A stretch of 64,000 nucleotides of DNA from Verrucomicrobiota bacterium (GTDB lineage: Bacteria; Verrucomicrobiota; Verrucomicrobiia; Limisphaerales; CANJXF01): assembly GCA_038214755.1 (NCBI GenBank), contig JBBQRQ010000002.1, positions 32,001 through 96,000 of the forward strand. Reading direction: 5' to 3'. How positions within the stretch are numbered: the stretch's first letter is position 1; every line of letters begins with the position of its first letter. Shown one piece after another: positions 55,541-64,000 of this stretch. The notes beneath the pieces were generated by a model. It did not search any database. It was not told the origin of the DNA and saw nothing but the letters and a program-made list of their open reading frames with translations. The position numbers were made by a program, and so were the translations under genes.

Positions 55541-55939
55541 TTATTCCTTTTTCTTTTTGAAAAATCTTGGGCCAGCCTCGCCTTGTCGTTGTTGAACTTT
55601 GAGTTGGCCAAGAATGGAGACCCAACCGATAAAAATTTTATGCCATTGATTTTCCATGCTGCGGATGACGCCATCGGCCATTTCGCTGAGGTAGCGAATG
55701 GAGGGCGCGCTCGAGATCAGGGCGAGGACGTCTTCCTTGGTCGGGGAGGGGCATTCCACGGAAGCGAGGATCAACTCCATTTCCTGAACGATGACGCTTT
55801 TGACTTCGAGGAATTGGATCTCGTCTTCGCTGCTGAATTTTTTTGAGCGGGCGAGGTTGACGAAATAATTAAATTGCTTGAGGCATTCCAAATAATTTTC
55901 CAACTGCAGGATGAGTTGTTCGTGGTCTTGGTGGCGCAT
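55541..55939 (-). CDS. hypothetical helical protein
   Basis: 132-aa ORF co-oriented 5 nt after the upstream gene. Confidence 0.7.
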   Translation of the reverse strand: MRHQDHEQLILQLENYLECLKQFNYFVNLARSKKFSSEDEIQFLEVKSVIVQEMELILASVECPSPTKEDVLALISSAPSIRYLSEMADGVIRSMENQWHKIFIGWVSILGQLKVQQRQGEAGPRFFKKKKE

Positions 55940-55944
55940 AAAAT

Positions 55945-56247
55945 TTAATCGTTGTAGGGCTGAAGTCCTTTTGGTTTGAGAAAAATAATGGCTCCGCCGC
56001 GAAGCTCGCGCGCGGTGATTTTAAAGCCGCCATAACGCACGATAATTTCGGACAGAGGCAAAGCGGCCTTGCGCGCATCCTGGAATACGCCCAAAACGGT
56101 GCCGCTGATCTCGCCCATGTATTTTTGGGAGAAGGAATGCGGCAAGGTCGAGGCGAGCAAACGGCCCAGCGCATCGACGGTGAAACTGCCCGAAGGCAAC
56201 CGCGCCAGTTTCGGAATCGGTTTGGAAAAAATATTTAAGAAGCCCAT
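55945..56247 (-). CDS. small roadblock/profilin-like hypothetical protein
   Basis: ATG at 56247; 'GSFTVD..GRLLASTLP...LSEIIVRY..FKITAREL..GAIIFL' pattern. Confidence 0.55.
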   Translation of the reverse strand: MGFLNIFSKPIPKLARLPSGSFTVDALGRLLASTLPHSFSQKYMGEISGTVLGVFQDARKAALPLSEIIVRYGGFKITARELRGGAIIFLKPKGLQPYND

Positions 56248-57311
56248 TTGATTGAGATGTTTTTTAAGGTTTCGTAAAGTTGGTCCGCGCTCAACGTGCG
56301 CTTGAATCCAACGCAAAGTTCCGTGTCGCCGCGCGAGGCGATTCCTATGTGCCGCTGCAATCCCAGCCCTTCAACCTGCTTTAAATCGCCCGCCTGCAAT
56401 TTTTCTCCGAGGTCGCGCAAGCGTTTTTGGGTTTGTCGGGTCCACGCCGCGACCGGGCTGGAATTTTCCAGTCCCCAGGAATCCGGCGCGGCTTTTTGAT
56501 CGGCGGGAACGGTCATGACAAATTCCACGCCATCGATGCGCGAGAGAGCGGCCAGCGGGGAGCGCGTCAAAAATTTCGTGTCGCACGCGGCGGTTTGCGC
56601 GGAGGATTCCGAACCTTTATTCTCGTCAAAGGCCTGGGCGAAATCCAGAAGCAATCCTTGATAGGGAGTTAAGATCACCCGCACATGGTCCGGTTCACCA
56701 GGCAAAATCTCGAAGCTGCCATTTTTCCACGACAAAATTTCTTTGAAAGCTGCTTCGCCACTCATGGTCAAGGTCGCCGCATCCATCACTTCGCCATCCG
56801 TCACCCAAATATTTCCCTGCCGGCCTTCCTTCGTGATTTTCAAAACAGAGGAACTGTGCGAGAGACATTCCAATTGGATCAGATCAACCAGGCTCTTGCT
56901 TTGGATTCCGCGAAACCCGTTATCGACCTGCTGGCCGAGCAAGGATTCGATGCACTCGCGGAACAGATTTATTTCCTCTGACGTGCTGGGCTTTTCCCAA
57001 AATAAATCGATGCCCATGGCGTAAGCGCGAGTCCGATATTGTTCATCGACCACCGCCGTCATCACGACGATTCGCAGTTGAGGAAATTTCCGGCGCACGA
57101 TGGAGAGCACTTGCAGTCCATCCATCTTGGGCATCCGCAAATCAGAAATGAGCATCGTAAACGGCTCGGATTCCAGTATGGCAATGGCGCGCGCGCCGGA
57201 AGTGGAGGTGTGGATTTCCGGCTGGCTGGGCAATTGCCGGAGGACCTCCTGAAACAAATCGAGCAAGTCCTGCTCATCATCCAGCAGTAAAATTTTATGG
57301 GGTTGGGACAT
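56235..57311 (-). CDS. response regulator: REC + DUF4388/PATAN + C-terminal roadblock-like domain
   Basis: 'ILLLDDE', 'SDLRMPKMDG', 'KP'; 'GFRGIQSKSLVDLIQL...G.I....GEVMDA.....GEAAF.EILSW..GSF'. Confidence 0.85.
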   Translation of the reverse strand: MSQPHKILLLDDEQDLLDLFQEVLRQLPSQPEIHTSTSGARAIAILESEPFTMLISDLRMPKMDGLQVLSIVRRKFPQLRIVVMTAVVDEQYRTRAYAMGIDLFWEKPSTSEEINLFRECIESLLGQQVDNGFRGIQSKSLVDLIQLECLSHSSSVLKITKEGRQGNIWVTDGEVMDAATLTMSGEAAFKEILSWKNGSFEILPGEPDHVRVILTPYQGLLLDFAQAFDENKGSESSAQTAACDTKFLTRSPLAALSRIDGVEFVMTVPADQKAAPDSWGLENSSPVAAWTRQTQKRLRDLGEKLQAGDLKQVEGLGLQRHIGIASRGDTELCVGFKRTLSADQLYETLKNISIKWAS

Positions 57312-57429
57312 TGGTCTTGAAAATCAGGACATTTTAATTTGGCGCAAAAAATGCGAACCGCACAGAACGAATGAAAATGCAATCAGTGAAAATAACCGCG
57401 ACAGCCACACTTTATTAAAGGTTAAAAAC

Positions 57430-59028
57430 ATGTTTGGATCACTCAAAAAATTATTCCGTAAGGACATGGACGCTGGCCTAGCTACTTCTATTCCAGAGAC
57501 ATTTCATTCCACCGCAAGCCCCTCGTGGGCGTCGCGTCCGGATGCGCCCGCCACCATGACGTTTTCTCCCGAAATTCTCGCCCCTACTCCTTCTCTTACG
57601 GGAGTGGCAAGTTCGGTCGAGATTGTGGCATTGCCGGTGAGAAGCATCCTGGCTTCGTTGCCCAGTACGCTAACTTCTCTTGTCCAATCTCAGGGCAACG
57701 GCTTTGTCAACCTGTCCGCAAAGCGGATTTTGCAAGAGCTACCTAAGGGTTCGGTAAAACTTCCTTTTGCCGAAATTCGGCACGCCGCTCCCAATGGAAC
57801 TTTTTTCGACAACGCGCGTTTCGATCAGATGCTGATCGAACTGCCGCTGGCCGAAATTTTGTCGCGGCTCCATCCTTCTCTCTTGTCGCGCCGCGCCAAT
57901 CAAAAACAAACTTTTGTCTCGCTGGAAGTCACCAATATTTTCGGTCCGCGCGGTCAGGGTATTTCGATTAGCCAGCCTGAGAGATCGTTCAAGCCCGCGC
58001 CAGCAGTCGGTGAGACGACGAATGCCCACGATGCGACGCCCACCGCCATGCCGACGTTGGCCATGCCAATTGCAGTTCCAATCGTGTCTCACGTTCCGCA
58101 ACTCCGAGTGCTGCCCCCCGAACCTGCGCTCGCCGGAAATGCGGATCGGCTGGAAATCCCGATCGCCGCTCTTTTCGAAAAATGGCCGCAAGCCATTCGG
58201 AGGGAGATAGCGGAATCTGATTTGATTCAGGCAACGATTTCTTTTCCGATGGACAAGATTGAGCCGTTACTGAAAGCCGGAAAAATTATTTTTACCTGGC
58301 AACAAATCTGCCAATGGATGCAACCGCGCGTCAAAAATGTTTCCGCCGAAGAGGATCTGCCCCTTGAGTTGCCGCTCGAAATCGTCGCGCCCCTTTTTAT
58401 GGCGCAACACCGCCCGGCCAAAGCACAGAAGAAAATTTCCATGGGCGAAATCCCGGACCTGTTCACCAACCTCAAAACGGAGCGAGTCGCCGTTTTGAAA
58501 CACGAAATCACCGCGCCGGTCCTGCACCTGGAATCCATCGCGGCGCCTCCGAAAATAAAACCATTCGTGATGCCCGTGGCAGTAGAATCTGTTCCTGCGC
58601 CGGTTGAAATAGAACCGGCGGTCGCGCCGATCCAGCCAGAGAATCCGGTCGGAGAAATTTTTGGGCGCGCGGAAAAACAGGATTGGTCACCCGGCGAGAT
58701 CGTGAAAAATTTGGCGGCAATGCCCGACTTGGATGGAGCATTCATCGCCATGCAGGACGGGCTGCTGGTCGCAGCAGAATTACCGGGGAAATTCAAAGCG
58801 GAAACGGTCGCCGCTTTTCTCCCGCAAATTTTCGGACGCATGAATCAATACGCCAAAGAGCTTCAACTAGGCGGTCTCTCCAGCCTGGCTTTCGAAGCGG
58901 AAAACATTTCCTGGCAAATCGTGAAGGCAGAAGGCGTCTATCTCGTGGTGCTGGGCAAACCGGGCCGGGATTTACCGAAGGCAACACTCAACACAATCGC
59001 GAACGCAGTCAGCAAACAGATTCAATAA
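57430..59028 (+). CDS. Pro-rich multidomain protein with C-terminal roadblock/LC7 domain
   Basis: C-terminal 'LAAMPDLDGAFIAMQDGLLVAAELP...AAF......ELQLG'; two internal homologous segments. Confidence 0.75.
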   Translation: MFGSLKKLFRKDMDAGLATSIPETFHSTASPSWASRPDAPATMTFSPEILAPTPSLTGVASSVEIVALPVRSILASLPSTLTSLVQSQGNGFVNLSAKRILQELPKGSVKLPFAEIRHAAPNGTFFDNARFDQMLIELPLAEILSRLHPSLLSRRANQKQTFVSLEVTNIFGPRGQGISISQPERSFKPAPAVGETTNAHDATPTAMPTLAMPIAVPIVSHVPQLRVLPPEPALAGNADRLEIPIAALFEKWPQAIRREIAESDLIQATISFPMDKIEPLLKAGKIIFTWQQICQWMQPRVKNVSAEEDLPLELPLEIVAPLFMAQHRPAKAQKKISMGEIPDLFTNLKTERVAVLKHEITAPVLHLESIAAPPKIKPFVMPVAVESVPAPVEIEPAVAPIQPENPVGEIFGRAEKQDWSPGEIVKNLAAMPDLDGAFIAMQDGLLVAAELPGKFKAETVAAFLPQIFGRMNQYAKELQLGGLSSLAFEAENISWQIVKAEGVYLVVLGKPGRDLPKATLNTIANAVSKQIQ

Positions 59029-59040
59029 AGGAAACAACGT

Positions 59041-59652
59041 ATGGCAATTATCAATCAGGCAACCAAAGAGCTTCAGGTAAAAATCGTTTACTACGGCCCC
59101 GGTCGCGGTGGAAAAACGACCAACCTCGAACAACTGCACAGCAATGTGCAAAACGTGCAGGAAAAAGGAAAACTCGTCTCGCTGGCGACCAGCTCCGACC
59201 GCACGTTGTTTTTCGATTTCCTCCCCATCGAAGCGATGTCGATCAAAGGTTTCAAAACCAAATTTCAACTCTACACCGTGCCGGGACAGGTCATTTATAA
59301 CACGACGCGCCAACTCGTTTTGCGCGGCGTGGATGGCATCGTCTTTGTGGCCGATTCGCAATACGACAAGATGGCCGAGAACGTGGAAAGTTTCGCCAAC
59401 CTCGAAGAGAACATGAAGGCATTGAAGTTGAACCTGGGCGACATCCCGTACGTTCTGCAATACAACAAGCGCGATTTGCCCAACGTGGCGCCAGTGGAAT
59501 ACATGGATTTTCTTTTGAACAATCGCGACGTTCAAGTCCCGTCGTTCCCCGCCTGTGCGACCCGATGCGAGGGCGTCTTCGACACGCTCAACATGATCAC
59601 CCGGCTGTTGCTCCATAAATTTATCAACGAAGGAACGCGCAAAGTGGCTTGA
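59041..59652 (+). CDS. mglA: MglA-family small Ras-like GTPase
   Basis: 'KIVYYGPGRGGKTTN', 'RTLFFDF', 'YTVPGQ', 'GVDGIVFVADS', 'NKRD'. Confidence 0.95.
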   Translation: MAIINQATKELQVKIVYYGPGRGGKTTNLEQLHSNVQNVQEKGKLVSLATSSDRTLFFDFLPIEAMSIKGFKTKFQLYTVPGQVIYNTTRQLVLRGVDGIVFVADSQYDKMAENVESFANLEENMKALKLNLGDIPYVLQYNKRDLPNVAPVEYMDFLLNNRDVQVPSFPACATRCEGVFDTLNMITRLLLHKFINEGTRKVA

Positions 59653-59653
59653 T

Positions 59654-60130
59654 ATGTTCAGCCTCCCCCCATTGCTCGAGGAGGACATCCAGTGCATGGA
59701 ATCCGCTCTGGACGAACTGCTCCAAAAAAGCGAAGCGACCACCGCGCTGATCATCGACAAAGGCGGTCCTTTGATCACCCAGCGCGGAACGCTCAACGCT
59801 TTCGACACCACGACCATGGCCGCGCTGACGGCAGGCTCGTTTGCCGCGAGCGAAGCCATTGCAGGGTTGGTGGGCGAATCTTATTTCAGCAGTGTTTACC
59901 AACAAGGCGAGCGCCAGAGTTTATGGATCGGAAATGTTGGCTCTAATTTATTGGTGATCGTGATTTTCAAAGCCTCCCTCGGCGTCGGCGTCGTGAAATA
60001 TTTCGCGGTGCAGACGACTCAACGCATCGCCGCCCAGATCAAAAAAGCCCGGTCGCGCACCGATGAAAATTTGGATTTGGTCTCGCTCAATCTCCTGGAT
60101 TCTTCGGAGCTTTTTAAAAAGAAAGCTTGA
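59654..60130 (+). CDS. mglB: MglB-family roadblock/LC7 protein
   Basis: 'LIIDKGG', 'AALTAGSFAASEAIAGLVGE..F...YQQGE', 'LGVVK'. Confidence 0.88.
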   Translation: MFSLPPLLEEDIQCMESALDELLQKSEATTALIIDKGGPLITQRGTLNAFDTTTMAALTAGSFAASEAIAGLVGESYFSSVYQQGERQSLWIGNVGSNLLVIVIFKASLGVGVVKYFAVQTTQRIAAQIKKARSRTDENLDLVSLNLLDSSELFKKKA

Positions 60131-60239
60131 GCCGTCCGTTTCGTCAGCCTTCAGAAATTGATTTCCACCTGCTTTGTTGGGAGGTCTTGACGCAGCCCAA
60201 TTTACACTTCTCAGGAGCGATGCGGGGTGTGATTTAAAC

Positions 60240-60656
60240 TGGCGGTCACTTGTAGCGCAGGATTGCATTCTGCCGTAGCGCAGGTTTTCAACCCTTGTCA
60301 TTACCCACAATTCCTCGGCGCCTTTTCAATCCCAACGGGATTGAAATCAATCAGCCCCGCGTTGCGAGGAACGAGCTACGCTGAGTCATCGTGCAAACAA
60401 ATCCTCAACCCGGAACGGGTTGCATAAAATCCCCTCTTACATCGCTACGAAATCGAATTTGATGAACGGAAGATTGGGATTAATTTCGCGATTTGATTCA
60501 ACTCTTTCAGAGTTGATGCACTTTTATTGACATCCCCCAGCGTAGCTCGTTCCTCGCAACGCTGGGCTAAGTGATCCCAATCCTTTCAGGATTGAAGAAA
60601 CACGGGCTGCGATGTGGGTAATGACAAGGATGCAATCCTGCGCTACGTGACCGCCA
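60240..60656. mobile_element. nested REP / MITE-like composite with probable TnpA(Y1) C-terminal remnant
   Basis: outer tggcggtcac..gtagcgcaggattgcat / atgcaatcctgcgctacgtgaccgcca; inner IR ccttgtcattacccaca / tgtgggtaatgacaagg; core encodes 'RYEIEFDER'. Confidence 0.65.
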
Positions 60657-60717
60657 CTTGAACTCACACCCCGGCGATGCGTCGGGGGGCCTTATTTTTT
60701 CAACGGCTCACTCAAAT

Positions 60718-60748
60718 AAAAAGCCGGACTTCATCACGAAGTCCGGCT
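60718..60748 (-). terminator. rho-independent terminator of rpsB-tsf
   Basis: AGCCGGACTTC-GTGAT-GAAGTCCGGCT-TTTT just after the tsf stop. Confidence 0.75.
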
Positions 60749-60765
60749 GGATCTGGCAAAGATTT

Positions 60766-61608
60766 TTATTCTGCCGGCGTTTCGCCAACTTGGAAACGCA
60801 CAAAACTGCGAATGACGATGTCGTCGCCGAGTTGCTTGGTCACGGCGCCGATATGTTCCTTGACCGAAATTTCAGAATTCTTTTTCACGAAACCCTGATC
60901 GAGCAGGCAATTGGTCTGATAAAACTTTTCCAACTTGCCTTCGATAATTTTAGCGACGGCTTGCGGCGGTTTGCCTTTGACTTGTTCCCCGGCGATTTCT
61001 TTTTCCTTCGCGATTACGACCGGATTCACGTCAGCGCGCGTGACCACGGAGGGATGAGCCGCCGCGATTTGCAACGTGATGTCGCGCACGAGTTGTTTGA
61101 ATTCTTCGCTCGCCACCGTTTGCTCCTTCCCCGCGCCGACTTCCACCAGCACTCCCACTTTTGCGCCGGTGTGAATATAAGCGGCGACCAATCCGCTGCC
61201 AGTCACTTCAATGCGATGGAACCTGGAAATTTTTATGTTCTCGCCAATCTTCGCAATTTGCGCGGCGCGGTCGGCTTCCAAATCCACCTGAGGATTGGCC
61301 GCGGTTTTTTTTGCCGCTTCATCGCAGAAGGCGCGGAAACTTTCGTTGCGCGCGACGAAATCCGTCTCGCAATTAATTTCAACGAGCACGCCAACTTTTG
61401 CGCCGGGCTGGATGTGTTGAGCGATGACGCCTTCATGGGCGGCGCGGGTCGCTTTTTTCGCAGCGGAGGCCGCCCCGCGTTTCCGCAAGAGATCGACTGC
61501 GGTGTCCAGATCTCCTCGCGCTTCGGTCAGAGCTTTTTTGCAATCCATCAAACCGGCGTTGGTCATTTCGCGCAGCTTGCCCACTGATGCAGCAGTAATT
61601 TCAGTCAT
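60766..61608 (-). CDS. tsf: translation elongation factor Ts
   Basis: 'LREMTNAGLMDCKKAL', 'EINCETDFVA', 'KIGENI', 'YIH'. Confidence 0.97.
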   Translation of the reverse strand: MTEITAASVGKLREMTNAGLMDCKKALTEARGDLDTAVDLLRKRGAASAAKKATRAAHEGVIAQHIQPGAKVGVLVEINCETDFVARNESFRAFCDEAAKKTAANPQVDLEADRAAQIAKIGENIKISRFHRIEVTGSGLVAAYIHTGAKVGVLVEVGAGKEQTVASEEFKQLVRDITLQIAAAHPSVVTRADVNPVVIAKEKEIAGEQVKGKPPQAVAKIIEGKLEKFYQTNCLLDQGFVKKNSEISVKEHIGAVTKQLGDDIVIRSFVRFQVGETPAE

Positions 61609-61681
61609 AAAAATTTTGATCGGACGAAAATTGAAAAGCGGAATGCGCCGGAAAACTTTTCGGCATTCGCTGAAACTTTGG

Positions 61682-62485
61682 CTAAGCGGTCACGGGAGTT
61701 TCCACCGGAGCTTCCACTGTGGCGGGAGCCGGAGTCGCCGGCGTAGAGGCCGCGTCCTGAGCCGCGGCCGTTTCGGTTTTGCGACGAGCATGTTTGGAAT
61801 CAAATTCCGCTTTCGCCTGAACAATCGTTTGCACGACCGTCGCCAAAATTACGCGCACGGAGCGAATCGCGTCGTCGTTGGCCGCAATGGGGTGATCAAT
61901 TAAATCAGGATCACAATTGGTATCGACAATGGCGACGATGGGAATTTTCAAACGGCGCGCTTCGGCAATCGCGTTGTGTTCGCGCTTGATGTCCACGACA
62001 AACATCGCGGAAGGAAATTTGTCCATCACGCGAATGCCGTCCAAATTTTTGAAAAGGCGAACGGCTTCACGGCGGTAAACGGCCTGTTCCTGTTTGCCGT
62101 ATTGATTGATGCTGCCGTCGGCTTCCATTTTCTCGATCTGTTTCATGCGAGCGATGGAGCGCTTGACCGTTTGAAAATTCGTCAGCGTGCCGCCCAGCCA
62201 GCGTTCGGTGATGTAAAGTTGTCCACAGCCTTTGGCGGATTCTTTGATCGCTTCCTGCGCCTGCTTTTTTGTGCCGACGAACAAAATATTTCCGCCCTTG
62301 CTGATGGTCTGCTGCAAAAAATTGCAAGCCGCTTCGAGCTGCGAAAGAGTTTTACTGAGGTCGATGATGTGAATGCCGTTGCGGGCATCGAAAATGAAAG
62401 GCTTCATCTTCGGGTTCCAACGCTTTGTCTGGTGTCCGAAATGAACGCCCGCATCCAATAATTCTTTTACGCCAATACTGATCAC
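61682..62485 (-). CDS. rpsB: 30S ribosomal protein S2
   Basis: 'LLDAGVHFGHQTKRWNPKM', 'FVGTKKQA', 'RWLGGTLTN', 'DTNCDP', 'NDDAIRS'. Confidence 0.98.
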   Translation of the reverse strand: MISIGVKELLDAGVHFGHQTKRWNPKMKPFIFDARNGIHIIDLSKTLSQLEAACNFLQQTISKGGNILFVGTKKQAQEAIKESAKGCGQLYITERWLGGTLTNFQTVKRSIARMKQIEKMEADGSINQYGKQEQAVYRREAVRLFKNLDGIRVMDKFPSAMFVVDIKREHNAIAEARRLKIPIVAIVDTNCDPDLIDHPIAANDDAIRSVRVILATVVQTIVQAKAEFDSKHARRKTETAAAQDAASTPATPAPATVEAPVETPVTA

Positions 62486-62975
62486 AATTTTCCTTTGGTT
62501 AGAGACTCGGGAATTTTTCCCAAGCCATCCCGCGGAAGACGGGATTATTTTTGATGTTGTTGTGGCCGCCCGACTTCACACGAAGACAGATTTGAAGGCC
62601 GTTTTCCTTTCCTCAACGTGGCAAACCGCGCTCTGAAAAGGGTGTGAAACTTACCAAGAAAAGAGACCGTAGCAACTTCTATTTTCGACCGGTCGCACGC
62701 CATTTATATATCAGGCAAAAAAAATCAGGATGACCCTGAAAATTTCGGCTCAAGAGCGGCTGGACTTTCTTTTGGGGGGCAATTTGGTCACGCAAAAAAT
62801 CGCGAATGTCATTCCCGTTTTGGCGTAGCATTCACCCCATCCGGAAAATCTGAAACCGGTGCTGCTTGGTTCCAAAATCCGGCAAATCTTTTTTCGTATA
62901 GATTGAATCTTTGGGAATAAGCCATCCGGAAATGACAATTTGCTATTTAGGGAATGCGGGTGTCATGTAAGTCTT

Positions 62976-63350
62976 ATGTCAGAAAAAAACAAAAAACGGT
63001 TCGGAGTTTGGATGGATACGCACCACGCGACCATCGTAGGCTGCAACCCCACCGCCACTGAGTTCAACGTCCTCGGTCATGCCAAGAATCCAGGTGCCGG
63101 AGCCAATTCGAACGAGAATGCCTCGAACAATCTCGAAATAACTTTGGTTCGAAAGTATTTCAAAGAGATCGGCCGCCATCTGGTGAACGCGGAGGAGGTT
63201 CACCTCACCGGCACTGGCACAATCCAAGAGCAATTCAAGCACTACCTTGCGGAAACCCCCCAGTTCAAAAGGACGGTCGTTTCCGAAAGCACCTCCAACC
63301 AAATGAGCGATGAAAAGCTGGTTGAGTTCGTAAATAGCCATTTCAACTAG
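62976..63350 (+). CDS. eRF1-domain-2 / host-attachment-like small protein
   Basis: 'GVWMDTHHATIV', 'YFKEI...L.NAEEVHLTGTGTIQEQFKHYL'. Confidence 0.55.
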   Translation: MSEKNKKRFGVWMDTHHATIVGCNPTATEFNVLGHAKNPGAGANSNENASNNLEITLVRKYFKEIGRHLVNAEEVHLTGTGTIQEQFKHYLAETPQFKRTVVSESTSNQMSDEKLVEFVNSHFN

Positions 63351-63649
63351 GAAGACGTCATCCAGTTTATGGCCTCAAAACACACCGCGCGACTCGCGTC
63401 ATCGCGGTAAAATACGAGGCAGTTGCGAAATCCGTTCACGGGCAACATTCTCAGCTTTGGCAATGCCGAGTTGCGCGTGCGAAAAATCATTCCGCATTCG
63501 GGATACCGGGAAATCTGGTGAAAGGTTTCATCAATTGCGCCAAGAACCTGTTCGGCAGCGGCGGGATCATCTTTTGCAATAAAAACGTAAATTTCCGGAA
63601 GATCATCCTCGATGACGGAGGCATGCCGTTCGATTCGTTTGTCAGCCAC
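63347..63649 (-). CDS. ParE/RelE family toxin, C-terminus possibly truncated
   Basis: GTG at 63649; 'DDLPEIYVFIAKDDPAAAEQVL..I.......P..G', 'LRMLPVNGFRNCLVFYR'; lacks the usual 'V.HGAR' end. Confidence 0.7.
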   Translation of the reverse strand: MADKRIERHASVIEDDLPEIYVFIAKDDPAAAEQVLGAIDETFHQISRYPECGMIFRTRNSALPKLRMLPVNGFRNCLVFYRDDASRAVCFEAINWMTSS

Positions 63650-63872
63650 GTTCTTGAGAGGCCTTCCGGACGCGCTCTTTCCAATCGGGCTCGAGCGGGG
63701 AAAAGGGGCCTTTGCAACGTTCTTCCAAAACCATTTCGAGTTCGGTTTGTTCGCAATCCGCGCGCGCCAACGCGAGCAAGTATTCTTCTTTCGAGCGAAA
63801 ACCGCCCGCTTTGAAGCGGTTCTCGATTTGCGCATCCAGAGTGTCTGGCAATGAAACGGTGACGTTGCTCAT
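63642..63872 (-). CDS. ParD-like ribbon-helix-helix antitoxin
   Basis: 'VTVSLPDTLDAQIE....AGGFRSKEEYL..L.R'; overlaps the toxin start. Confidence 0.8.
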   Translation of the reverse strand: MSNVTVSLPDTLDAQIENRFKAGGFRSKEEYLLALARADCEQTELEMVLEERCKGPFSPLEPDWKERVRKASQERG

Positions 63873-64000
63873 ATTGAAAAAGTCTGTTTGAATTCTTCGA
63901 TGACGTGCAGTGCGCTCACGGATTTAATTATGCACAAAGAATTCTTTCGGGCAAGCAACCGCATGGGGGTTGTAATTCAACAATTCTGACGTTTGCGCGA

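Noticed and set aside
62486..62650. rpsB leader autoregulatory RNA
   Set aside because: Expected by position, but I could not identify its conserved elements with confidence

Overview
Chromosomal segment of a bacterium, most likely Verrucomicrobiota (Pedosphaera/Limisphaerales-like). This is inferred from the DUF1501 plus PSD1/PSCyt gene pair, the MoxR-DUF58-BatA-DUF4159 cluster, a Delta-60 repeat protein ending in an 'RFYRL' tail, and dense GTAG-type palindromic repeats. Housekeeping genes are ribBA, ribH, rnhB, yraN, dus, an MnmD-like methylase, lrp, manC, trpA, rpsB-tsf and tRNA-Leu(GAG). Other modules are an ARC/Mpa ATPase plus Dop pair from a Pup/UBact-type proteasome pathway, an MglA/MglB/multi-roadblock plus response-regulator signalling locus, at least six small toxin-antitoxin(-like) cassettes and a decayed IS. 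The most unusual region is 47.1-55.4 kb (minus strand), a partly eroded RNA-repair locus. It contains tRNA-like genes sharing a non-canonical TGCAA T-loop, a candidate ~123-nt structured ncRNA, and a hidden SEC-C gene with no ATG, a +1 frame switch at TTT-C and a TGA at a Cys position. These are followed by an HNH remnant, an RNA ligase and rtcB. A second window-wide pattern is that integrase-free cargo genes (TA pairs, DUF4143 ATPases, DUF1016) sit between diverged duplicates of the neighbouring gene's end; the rtcB start occurs three times. All family assignments come from motif recognition, not database searches.
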